Source: Deferribacterales bacterium (lineage in GTDB: Bacteria > Chrysiogenota > Deferribacteres > Deferribacterales > Geovibrionaceae). From it: DNA of 64,000 nucleotides. Where the stretch lies: assembly GCA_050253075.1 (NCBI GenBank), contig JBFWJS010000006.1, positions 160,001-224,000 of the forward strand, written 5' to 3'. How positions within the stretch are numbered: the stretch's first letter is position 1; each line of letters begins with the position of its first letter. Below are positions 27,155 through 35,647 of this stretch, in pieces. The notes below the pieces were generated by a model. The model was not told the origin of the DNA. It saw nothing but the letters and a program-made list of their open reading frames with translations, and did no database searches. The translations under genes were made by a program, and so were the position numbers.

Positions 27155-28869
27155 GATCTTTTATCAAAGTTTTTCTTATCATTTACATACCCATAGCAAT
27201 ACTGCTGGGCATCACATGGAACATAACAGACAAGCTCACTCTGGAAAACGCAGAGAAAGAGCTTCAGCATGAAATGGTCACAAAGGCCGAGATACTCAAA
27301 GGGTATGACCTGCAGAATATCTTTGATGAAGAGCTCCATAACAAATTTACGCTTATATCCAAAAACTCTAAGCTGAGAATAACAGTCATCAGAAAAGACG
27401 GCTTTGTCGTCGATGACTCATACTATACCCCTGATCAGGTTTCCCAGATGGAAAACCACGCACACAGACCCGAGGTAAAAGAAGCATTTGAGACAGGCTC
27501 AGGCAGCATTATAAGACGAAGCACAACGACAGAAGAGCGCATGTATTACTACGCCAGTAAATACAGCGACAGCCTAGTCGTGCGTATCTCATACCCTATG
27601 GCATACATAGAGTCCCTCCGTGCAGACATGCTGAAGCAGAACCTTACTGTATACTTCATCATGATATTCATGGTCGGTCTGCTGACAATATACCTCGCAA
27701 GGCGCATCAACAGCCCTATACAGCAGCTTTCTATCATCGCAGATAAGATCGAAGCGGGCGAGACAAAGATCTACTTCCCGTCTTTCAGAGACAAGACGAT
27801 CACAAAGCTCGTCAGTGTTATATACCGAATATATAACTCTATGAACCAAAAGACAAAACAGCTCGAGCAGGAAAAGAAGAAGCTCAACCACATATTCTCC
27901 ATCCTCGATGAAGGTATCGTGCTGCTCGATGCAAAAAACAATGTAAAACACTATAACAACACAGCAATAGAAAACCTCGGCATAAACCTCCAGCAGGATA
28001 AAAATGTGCTGACACAGACAAACAATGTGGACGCCCTCTCCTTCTTCTCCGAAGTGCTCTCACACGAAGAGGACTCACGTCTGCAGAAAGAGCATAAAGG
28101 CAGAATATACGAAGTTTATGTGAGAATATTCGAATCTGAAAAGCTGATAGTATTCTTCGACATTACAGAGCGTGCCGAATACGAACAGTTCAAAGCGGAG
28201 CTGATAGGCAACATCACCCACGAGCTCAAAACACCGCTCGCAATGATTATGGGCTATTCCGAAACTATCATGAACGACCCTGAGATGGATCCGAAGTTCC
28301 ATGATAAATTCATCAATATAATATACAACAGCTCAAACAGGCTGAATGTACTGATAAACGACATCCTCCATCTGCATAAGCTCGAAATGCTGCAGGACAG
28401 CATAAAGGTCGAAGAGCCCACAGTGATCAGCGACATGAACGAAGAGATAACCACATACTATGCAGACAGACCTAAGGATGTGCAGATAGAAGCCGTCACA
28501 GGCGAGATATTCGTAAACAGAGAACACATAATGAGCGTTATCACAAACCTTATAGACAACGCTATGAAATATTCCAAAGGCGACCACATTCACCTCAGCA
28601 TTGAGAAAGACTCCGAATATGTCGTTGTAAAAGTTGCTGACCACGGACCTGTCATCCCCGCGGGCGAGCAGGAACGCATTTTCGAGCGTTTCTACACACT
28701 GGAAAAGTCCAAGAACCAAAACCAGACAGGAACAGGACTCGGTCTTTCTATCGTGAAACATATAGCGACACTTTACAAAGGCTCTGCAAGGGTCGAGTCA
28801 AATGAGAGAGGCGGGAACACATTTGTAGTGAAAATGAAGGAAAAACCTCCTGTCGAAGAGGAATTTTGA
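27151..28869 (+). CDS. phoR: PhoR-type sensor histidine kinase
   Basis: 2 TM, MENH..RPEV, HAMP/PAS, HELKTPL, NLIDNA.KY, GTGLGLSIVKH. Confidence 0.88.
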   Translation: MRSFIKVFLIIYIPIAILLGITWNITDKLTLENAEKELQHEMVTKAEILKGYDLQNIFDEELHNKFTLISKNSKLRITVIRKDGFVVDDSYYTPDQVSQMENHAHRPEVKEAFETGSGSIIRRSTTTEERMYYYASKYSDSLVVRISYPMAYIESLRADMLKQNLTVYFIMIFMVGLLTIYLARRINSPIQQLSIIADKIEAGETKIYFPSFRDKTITKLVSVIYRIYNSMNQKTKQLEQEKKKLNHIFSILDEGIVLLDAKNNVKHYNNTAIENLGINLQQDKNVLTQTNNVDALSFFSEVLSHEEDSRLQKEHKGRIYEVYVRIFESEKLIVFFDITERAEYEQFKAELIGNITHELKTPLAMIMGYSETIMNDPEMDPKFHDKFINIIYNSSNRLNVLINDILHLHKLEMLQDSIKVEEPTVISDMNEEITTYYADRPKDVQIEAVTGEIFVNREHIMSVITNLIDNAMKYSKGDHIHLSIEKDSEYVVVKVADHGPVIPAGEQERIFERFYTLEKSKNQNQTGTGLGLSIVKHIATLYKGSARVESNERGGNTFVVKMKEKPPVEEEF

Positions 28870-28871
28870 TT

Positions 28872-28925
28872 CTGACAAATATTTGACATACAAGTTTTTT
28901 ACTTTTTTCTTGCAATTTTCTAACA
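28872..28925 (+). promoter_or_regulatory. Weaker Pho-box-like repeats upstream of the Na/Pi cotransporter
   Basis: CTGACA (28872) and TTGACA (28883); then TTTACT (28898), CTTGCA (28909), CTAACA (28920), each group at an 11-bp period. Confidence 0.4.
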
Positions 28926-28967
28926 CGTAGTTATCCTATCGCTGACTAAATTTTTGGCGGTGGTGTA

Positions 28968-30635
28968 ATGCACGAACTGAATTGGGGTGCCATACTATTT
29001 GGGTTTATCGGAGGTCTCGGTCTCTTCCTTTATGGTATGAAACTGATGTCCGAAGGTCTTCAGAAAACGGCGGGTTCCAGTCTTAAAAACATAATCGAAA
29101 AATTTACTTCCAACAGATTCATAGGTGTCATCGTAGGTACAGTTGTGACTGTTATCATACAGAGTTCATCTGCTACAACCGTCATGGTAGTCAGCTTTGT
29201 GAACGCCGGTCTGATGAACCTGTTTCAGGCTCTCAGCATCGTTCTCGGCGCAAACATAGGTACAACCATCACAGCGCAGCTTATTGCGTTTAAAATAACA
29301 AAATTTGCCCTCCCTGCCATCGGTATGGGTGTGGCTATGGCGCTCTTTTCAAAAGATGCAAAGAAGCGTTACTACGGAGAGATCATCTTAGGCTTCGGTC
29401 TCCTCTTCTTCGGTCTGGAGACAATGAAGCACGCCTTCATACCTCTGAAAGAGGCAAAGGAGTTTGCTGACCTTTTCGTATTCTTCTCTGTGAACCCTAT
29501 CGCTGCTGCTGCTGCGGGAGCCATACTCACAGTTATCGTACAGAGCTCATCAGCGACGATCGGTATCACCATAGCAATGGCTTCCACCGGTCTGCTGGAC
29601 TTCCACGCTGCCGCTGCACTTGTACTCGGTGAAAACATCGGTACGACAATAACAGCGAACCTCGCAGCCCTCGGCGGAAGCAGAACGGCGAAACAGGCGG
29701 CATTCGGTCACTTCCTTTTCAACTTCATAGGTGTGGCTTATATGCTGATGTTCCTGAGCGTACTGATACACTTCATCGATGCATACACACCGGGTGCGGT
29801 TGACTATGTCGCTGCCGACGGTACAAAGCCATACATAGCAAGGCACGTGGCGAACCTGCACACGGCGTTCAACATCATAAACATGGTGATATTCCTGCCG
29901 TTCATACACATTCTAGCGAGGCTGTGTGAAAAGATCATCAAGAGCGAATCTCCGAAAAAGAATCAGCTCCTCCGACTGGACCCTAACATGGTGAAAACAC
30001 CGTCCATCGCTATCGCTCAGGCAAAGAGCGAAGTGGAGCTTATGTCTAAGATGCCTGTGGAGATGATAAAGATCGTTCAGGAATCATTCAAAGAGAACAA
30101 ATCAAAGCTGAAGCAGGTGAAAGAGATAGAGGGAAGGCTCGACATTATGAACCACGAATTCTCATCTTTCCTTACACTGCTCACTCAGCAAAACATCTCT
30201 GAGCGCACATCCCACATCATAAACGACCTTACACACGTGATACACAACCTTGAAAAGATAGGCGACCACTCAGAAAACATCGCAAGATTCAAGGATAAGA
30301 TGCTTAAGAAAGGGCTCGATTTCAGCCCTGAGGCAAATAAAGAAATAGACAATATGATAGACGTCGTTGTTAAGTTCACCGAAGACGTCATCAAGTTCTA
30401 TAACCGTCCCGAGAGTATACACACCCTCGACACAGACGCAGAGGATCAGATAGACAGCATGAGAAAGAAGTTTAAGAACAACCACATGAAGCGTCTTTCC
30501 GAAGGAAGCTGTAACATAAACTCAGGTATTATATTCGTAGACATCATCAACAACCTCGAAAAGATAGGCGACCACGTCTATAACATCGCACAGGTCATGA
30601 TGTATTCAAAGGACGAGAGCTTACACAAGGCGTAG
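28968..30635 (+). CDS. Na/Pi cotransporter family protein with C-terminal PhoU-like domains
   Basis: Duplicated QSSSAT and G.NIGTT.TA motifs; C-terminal LEKIGDH repeats. Confidence 0.93.
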   Translation: MHELNWGAILFGFIGGLGLFLYGMKLMSEGLQKTAGSSLKNIIEKFTSNRFIGVIVGTVVTVIIQSSSATTVMVVSFVNAGLMNLFQALSIVLGANIGTTITAQLIAFKITKFALPAIGMGVAMALFSKDAKKRYYGEIILGFGLLFFGLETMKHAFIPLKEAKEFADLFVFFSVNPIAAAAAGAILTVIVQSSSATIGITIAMASTGLLDFHAAAALVLGENIGTTITANLAALGGSRTAKQAAFGHFLFNFIGVAYMLMFLSVLIHFIDAYTPGAVDYVAADGTKPYIARHVANLHTAFNIINMVIFLPFIHILARLCEKIIKSESPKKNQLLRLDPNMVKTPSIAIAQAKSEVELMSKMPVEMIKIVQESFKENKSKLKQVKEIEGRLDIMNHEFSSFLTLLTQQNISERTSHIINDLTHVIHNLEKIGDHSENIARFKDKMLKKGLDFSPEANKEIDNMIDVVVKFTEDVIKFYNRPESIHTLDTDAEDQIDSMRKKFKNNHMKRLSEGSCNINSGIIFVDIINNLEKIGDHVYNIAQVMMYSKDESLHKA

Positions 30636-33437
30636 TGAGTTCCACTCCACAGGGATGCGTATCACCGCTCCCTCTTTTAAAAGAGCATTTACAAAGCCTC
30701 TTTCTGCTCCGTGCAGGAAGAGGTTTTTTGTTACCTCAACATCCTTTTTGCAGTATTCGATGATCTTGTCCATCTGCCCTTCTTTATACCATTGCAGAGC
30801 CTGAAGCCCGTCGGCAGTCTTCGCTGCGCCTATTGTCGCACCTGCCATGTTGTCCAGAGAGAATCTGCGCCCTGTCTTATTCCGCACGTCTGACAGCATG
30901 TCAAAGACGAGTGTTTTACCCAAATCTGGTATCCTGTACCCTGTGATAACCTTATTGTCGAATCCGATGTTGTTAAAGCCTATGATGCACTTCGCACCTT
31001 CCAGCCTGCTGATGAATGCCTCAGACTTCTCCTCGGTATAAACCTCGTACGCATCCTTTTCAAAGGAATATATGACCGCTGCGGATATGCCCATCTTATC
31101 GGCATTATTCCACCCGCCCACATCGTCTGCGGAGTGCTTTGTCTCTATGTCGTATACTAATATGTCTGTCCTAGGCTTTTCCACTATCTCCACGCTCTCC
31201 TTCGGCAGATGCTCACCTGAAAGGAGTGCCTCCATGAGCATCACGGCCCCCGCCTTGTCCAGAGGATAGTTCCCGCTGCCGCATTTCGGGCTGTAGATAC
31301 ACGCGGGGCATCCTGTCTCACAGTCGCAGTTTTTCACAAGGTCAAGCGTGCGCTCGATCACCTCTGTGATGCGCTGATACACCCGTTCGTTTATCCCTAT
31401 ACCGCCGGGATATCCGTCATACATGAACACCGCCGAGCTGCCAAGCTGCGGGTGATAAGGGTATGATATACCGCCTATGTCGTCACGGCTGGCGAGGTAA
31501 AATGTCGGCACGACAGATATCATAGCGTGTTCGAATGCGTGTATAGAGCCCATGAAGTCGAGCTCCGCATCGGATATCTTCGCCTTTATGCTGTCCGGAA
31601 CGAGGACGTACATCCCCTTAGTGGAGAACTGTATGGGCATCTCCTCCAGAGCTACGTCGGCTATCTTTTCCCCTGTGCGGGTGGATATCTGCGAAAACCC
31701 CGTGAGCTGCTCCGTTACACGCATACCGCAGAAGCAGGACGATATGCCGTCCTTCTCCTTTTTTGCGATGGACTGCTCCACCATAGTGTTCTTATCCGTC
31801 GTGGGCATGGTGTAATAGTTCCCTGTGAAGGGCTCTGCCTTTATGTCTTTCTTCGCCCTGTCCACGGAGCGTATTATGAAGCTGTTCCCACGGTGCAGAT
31901 AGACCGCACCTTTGAAATTCTCCATATATGCCCGTCTGCCTGACGAAGTGGCGATCAGGGTATCACCGCAATAGATATTATAATTATCGCCTGCCATGCG
32001 CAGGTCTACGTCTCTGTATGGATATTTAACGAGGGTGAAGTAGCGTCCGTTCTCTTCATCTTTGAAAACGATGCTCTCCTCCACCATCTTTTCTATTATC
32101 TTTCTGTTCTTTGCAAAGTACGGCTCGGATTCCTCCACGGGCTTTTCATATGCGGCGCATCTTATGTGTGCCTTATTCACCGTTTCGTTCTCCGTGTCTA
32201 TCACCACGTTTTCAAACTCTGCCTGATACAGCTTTTCCGGATGTTTCACATAGTATTGATCAAGTGCGTCAAAGCCTGCGATCATTATGACAAGGCTGTC
32301 CTTGCCGCGCCGTCCGCTCCGCCCTGCCCTCTGCCAAAGGCTCATGAGCGAGCCCGGGTATCCTGCCATTATGGTGCAGTCCACCCCGCCTATGTCTATC
32401 CCCAGCTCAAATGCCGACGTGGATATCACTGCCTTCAGCCTGCCTTCGGCGAGGTCTGCCTCTATCTCACGCCTCTCTTCGGGGAGGAAACCCGCACGGT
32501 ATGATGAAACTGTCTTTCCATATCCAGGGTCTGCTGCGAGAAGGTTTGCAAATATCCTCTCTGTCTGCTTGCGGGATTTGGTGAAGCAGATGGTCTTCAG
32601 CCCCGCTTCCAGATTTGTCTTTAACAGGTAGTTCGCAATGCTTACCACAGGCATGTCGGAGTTCATCATCAGGAAGTGCTTGCTCCCCGACGGCGCACCG
32701 CTCTCTGCCACGTGATAAAAATCTCTGGTGAACATAGTGTCTGCGAAGTCCTTTGGATTACCGATGGTTGCTGAACAGCTTATTATCTGCACATTCGGAT
32801 ACAGGCGCATGAACCTCGCAAAAAGGTTATACACATGGTTTCCGAATACGCCTCTGTATGTGTGGAGCTCGTCTACGACGATGTACTTAAGATTATTCAG
32901 GAAGTCTGCCCATTCGCTCTTTTTCGGCAGGACGGCATAGTGCAGGATGTCAGGGTTGCTGAATATGATGTTGGGCTGATCCTTCTGTATCTTCCGTCTC
33001 ACCTTTTTGTCCGTGTCTCCGTCCACAACGGCGAGCTTTATCCCTTCGCCGAGGGGGATGTGTGAAAGGAAGTTCTCAAGATTGCGGAACTGGTCTCTCC
33101 CCAGTGCTTTCAGCGGAAAGAGATATAGAGCAGTCACATTACGGTTGTGGTACATGTCCTCAATGATGGGGAGGTTATAACAGAGCGTCTTGCCCGATGA
33201 TGTGGGTGTGGTGATAAGGACATCCCGCCCCTCTTTCACCTTTTCATAGGCTTCTGCCTGATGGGTGAACAGGGATGTGATGCCGCTCTCCTCCACAGCG
33301 TCACGTATTATCTGCGACTCTATGAGCGACAGGTCGCATGTCTGCGCCTGACGGCTTGGGAATATATGCTCAAAGGCTACGGATGAGCCTATTTTGCTGT
33401 TTTTGATATTAGAGACTATCTCACTGATGGTGTTCAT
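30621..33437 (-). CDS. DEAH-box helicase with DUF1998 (YprA/MrfA/Hrq1-like) fused to a C-terminal RNase H-like DEDD exonuclease domain
   Basis: HQ, TPTSSGKT, DELH, SAT, ELGID.G, QRAGRSGR, C.C..GCP.C...PKC; C-terminus YDIET...GFN...FD...YC..DV. Confidence 0.9.
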   Translation of the reverse strand: MNTISEIVSNIKNSKIGSSVAFEHIFPSRQAQTCDLSLIESQIIRDAVEESGITSLFTHQAEAYEKVKEGRDVLITTPTSSGKTLCYNLPIIEDMYHNRNVTALYLFPLKALGRDQFRNLENFLSHIPLGEGIKLAVVDGDTDKKVRRKIQKDQPNIIFSNPDILHYAVLPKKSEWADFLNNLKYIVVDELHTYRGVFGNHVYNLFARFMRLYPNVQIISCSATIGNPKDFADTMFTRDFYHVAESGAPSGSKHFLMMNSDMPVVSIANYLLKTNLEAGLKTICFTKSRKQTERIFANLLAADPGYGKTVSSYRAGFLPEERREIEADLAEGRLKAVISTSAFELGIDIGGVDCTIMAGYPGSLMSLWQRAGRSGRRGKDSLVIMIAGFDALDQYYVKHPEKLYQAEFENVVIDTENETVNKAHIRCAAYEKPVEESEPYFAKNRKIIEKMVEESIVFKDEENGRYFTLVKYPYRDVDLRMAGDNYNIYCGDTLIATSSGRRAYMENFKGAVYLHRGNSFIIRSVDRAKKDIKAEPFTGNYYTMPTTDKNTMVEQSIAKKEKDGISSCFCGMRVTEQLTGFSQISTRTGEKIADVALEEMPIQFSTKGMYVLVPDSIKAKISDAELDFMGSIHAFEHAMISVVPTFYLASRDDIGGISYPYHPQLGSSAVFMYDGYPGGIGINERVYQRITEVIERTLDLVKNCDCETGCPACIYSPKCGSGNYPLDKAGAVMLMEALLSGEHLPKESVEIVEKPRTDILVYDIETKHSADDVGGWNNADKMGISAAVIYSFEKDAYEVYTEEKSEAFISRLEGAKCIIGFNNIGFDNKVITGYRIPDLGKTLVFDMLSDVRNKTGRRFSLDNMAGATIGAAKTADGLQALQWYKEGQMDKIIEYCKKDVEVTKNLFLHGAERGFVNALLKEGAVIRIPVEWNSLRLV

Positions 33438-33481
33438 ATGAGAGTGATTCTAAACAGTCTCCGTAAGTGGGTCAATATCTT

Positions 33482-33700
33482 TTAACGGCGCTTCCAGTCC
33501 TCTTCACCGCAAACAGGGCAAACAGGCTTAAACGGAGGATTTTTTGATCCGCAGTTCCAGCATGTCTTCATGATGAGGAAGTAGTAAGGCACTATGATGA
33601 TGTAAAGTGCCACTATTATGGATGCCACGATCCAGAAAAGTTTGAATTTAAATCCAAGTATTAAAGAGATGATAAACAGAATTGAGCCAGTTCTTAACAT
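33482..33700 (-). CDS. Small membrane protein with C-terminal zinc ribbon
   Basis: 2 TM followed by CWNCG.KN......CPVCG; SD AAGGTGG. Confidence 0.65.
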   Translation of the reverse strand: MLRTGSILFIISLILGFKFKLFWIVASIIVALYIIIVPYYFLIMKTCWNCGSKNPPFKPVCPVCGEEDWKRR

Positions 33701-33777
33701 TGTTAATCCACCTTAAACCTTTCTTATATAATATAATTATAACCCATCTGAGAGTTTTTGCAAAGGTTTAGTGTGAT

Positions 33778-34953
33778 TTAATCCTGCTGTTCGTCCTGAT
33801 ACTTTCTGGAACCCTCGTATACTTCGTATTCCAGCAGTCTGCACTCTATGTTCGAGTTCCAGAATACGTGGCGTCTATCAGCTTTAAGCCCGACCTTTTT
33901 CGCCAGTCCTAAGTTACCTGTAAAGATGAAGCATCTTCCGCCCTGACACTTGTTTTTGAAGAAGTCGCCGAGGTCACGGTAGACCGTCTCGAGCTGTTTT
34001 TCATCGCCGAGTCGCATTCCGTATTCAGGGTTTACCATCAGCATAAACTTGCCCCCTTTAGGCAGGTGGCTGTCACGGAAGTCGCATCTCTGAACGTGTA
34101 TTAGGTCGCTGAAGCCTGCGTTTCTGATATTCGCCTGAGACGCCATCACGGCATCACGGCTTATGTCTGAACCGCTTATTTTGATTTCGCATTTCTTCAT
34201 TTTAGAAGCTGCTTCGTTGCTTATCCTGTCGAAAACTTTCGGGTCGTATCCCACCAGATGCATAAAGCCGAAGTTTGTCCTGTAAGCTCCCGAAGGAGTA
34301 TTAGTTGCCATCATAGCTGCTTCTATGAGCAGGGTTCCGCTTCCGCACATCGGGTTTGCGAAGTTGACTGTGCCGTCAAATCCCGCAGCCATGAGTGCCG
34401 CCGCTGCCAGTGTCTCCTGCATAGGAGCTTTCAGCGGGTTCTTGCGGTAGCCTCTGCGTGTGAGAGGTTCGCCGGATGTATCGATATATATGGCGCAGTC
34501 GTTCTCTTTCCAGTAGAGGAATATGACTGTTTTGTCTTCGTTAGGACCCGAGTCGGGGCGTTTCCCCTTTGTGTCTCTCAGGCGGTCGACTATGGCATCT
34601 TTCAGTTTATACGATGCAAAACGGGTGTCTTTGATGGTGGTGTTCAGCACTGCGGAGGAGACAGAGAAATATCCGTTGATAGGGATGATCTCTTCCCACT
34701 TTATCTTTTTAGCGTGTTTATAAAGTACGTCAGGATTCTGCACACGCATCTTCTCCACGAGGAAGAGCACTCTGTGCCCCGTGCGGATGTGCATGTTCAG
34801 GAACATACAGTCTTCCAGTGTACCTTCTGTCGCTATGGCTGCCTTACGTGTATAGAGGATAGGATAACCGAGGTTTTTCAGCTCCTGTTCCAGATACTGC
34901 GGTATTTCTTTCGGGCAGGTTATCAGTATTTCGCTTTTTTCTTTAAAGTTCAT
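33778..34953 (-). CDS. THUMP-domain SAM-dependent RNA methyltransferase (RlmL-like)
   Basis: KDAIVD, DTSGEPL..RGYR, AP..ETLAAA, PMCGSGT..IEAA, NP.YG.RL. Confidence 0.9.
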   Translation of the reverse strand: MNFKEKSEILITCPKEIPQYLEQELKNLGYPILYTRKAAIATEGTLEDCMFLNMHIRTGHRVLFLVEKMRVQNPDVLYKHAKKIKWEEIIPINGYFSVSSAVLNTTIKDTRFASYKLKDAIVDRLRDTKGKRPDSGPNEDKTVIFLYWKENDCAIYIDTSGEPLTRRGYRKNPLKAPMQETLAAAALMAAGFDGTVNFANPMCGSGTLLIEAAMMATNTPSGAYRTNFGFMHLVGYDPKVFDRISNEAASKMKKCEIKISGSDISRDAVMASQANIRNAGFSDLIHVQRCDFRDSHLPKGGKFMLMVNPEYGMRLGDEKQLETVYRDLGDFFKNKCQGGRCFIFTGNLGLAKKVGLKADRRHVFWNSNIECRLLEYEVYEGSRKYQDEQQD

Positions 34954-35066
34954 TTATTTTCACCACCAAGTTTGGGACTATACTTTATAATAGTTTAAAT
35001 TGAAAGATAAAAAAAGGACAGACATATGCATGCCTGCCCTTATGTGTTTTATTGTTCTTTCAGCAG

Positions 35067-35441
35067 TTATTTCTGCGGAGTGAAAGGCCCTCTGACGTCG
35101 CCTCTGGCGTTTACTATTATGTTGAATTTATTGCCCGAAGCGTCCTGCACTGTGTATGTGTATCCTGTGAATCGCTTGCCTTCGAATGTGCCTGATTCCA
35201 CAACACTGTAGCCCTTCATGTTTGAAGCGAGATAGTCTGCTGCGATCTTATCAGCCTCATCTTTTGTCTTAGGCTGAAAGTCCGCAGGGAGTCTGTTTCC
35301 GGTGCCCTGCATTGCTCCGCCCATTCCCATACCAGCGCCCGGGCCCATGCCGCCGCCTGCGCCGTATCCTGCTGCGTATGCTGTTGTGCCTGCTCCTATT
35401 GCAAAGAGTGCTATTACTGCCATTGTTATTATCTTTCTCAT
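35067..35441 (-). CDS. Secreted hypothetical protein with Gly/Met-rich segment
   Basis: Signal peptide ending AYA; GYGAGGGMGPGAGMGMGG; SD GGAGG; terminator hairpin at about 35009-35041. Confidence 0.75.
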   Translation of the reverse strand: MRKIITMAVIALFAIGAGTTAYAAGYGAGGGMGPGAGMGMGGAMQGTGNRLPADFQPKTKDEADKIAADYLASNMKGYSVVESGTFEGKRFTGYTYTVQDASGNKFNIIVNARGDVRGPFTPQK

Positions 35442-35477
35442 TTCAAGAACCTCCGTTGTTTATATTAAAATTATATA

Positions 35478-35494
35478 ACCAACATCTGTGCCAA
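35478..35494 (-). promoter_or_regulatory. Candidate sigma54 (-24/-12) promoter
   Basis: TTGGCACAGATGTTGGT on the minus strand (TGGCAC-N5-TTGG, one deviation from TTGC), about 37 bp before the ATG. Confidence 0.5.
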
Positions 35495-35606
35495 AAAATA
35501 GAAATAGATATATAGTTTATAGATTTGAATATTTTAATACGAAAAACTATCTGCACCGTGCGCACTTTTCACACATTTGTGCATTAATTTCCCACATCGG
35601 GGGCAT

Positions 35607-35639
35607 AAAAAAAGGCAGAGCCTTGATCGACTCTGCCTT
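35607..35639 (-). terminator. Rho-independent terminator of the TRAP operon
   Basis: AAAAAAAGGCAGAG...CTCTGCCTT. Confidence 0.75.
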
Positions 35640-35647
35640 AGTGGTTT

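Noticed and set aside
30621..33437. DUF1998 helicase as a DISARM/Druantia/Dpd defence component
   Set aside because: No partner defence genes (DrmA, DrmC, DNA methylases) nearby; housekeeping context and architecture fit YprA/MrfA repair helicases.
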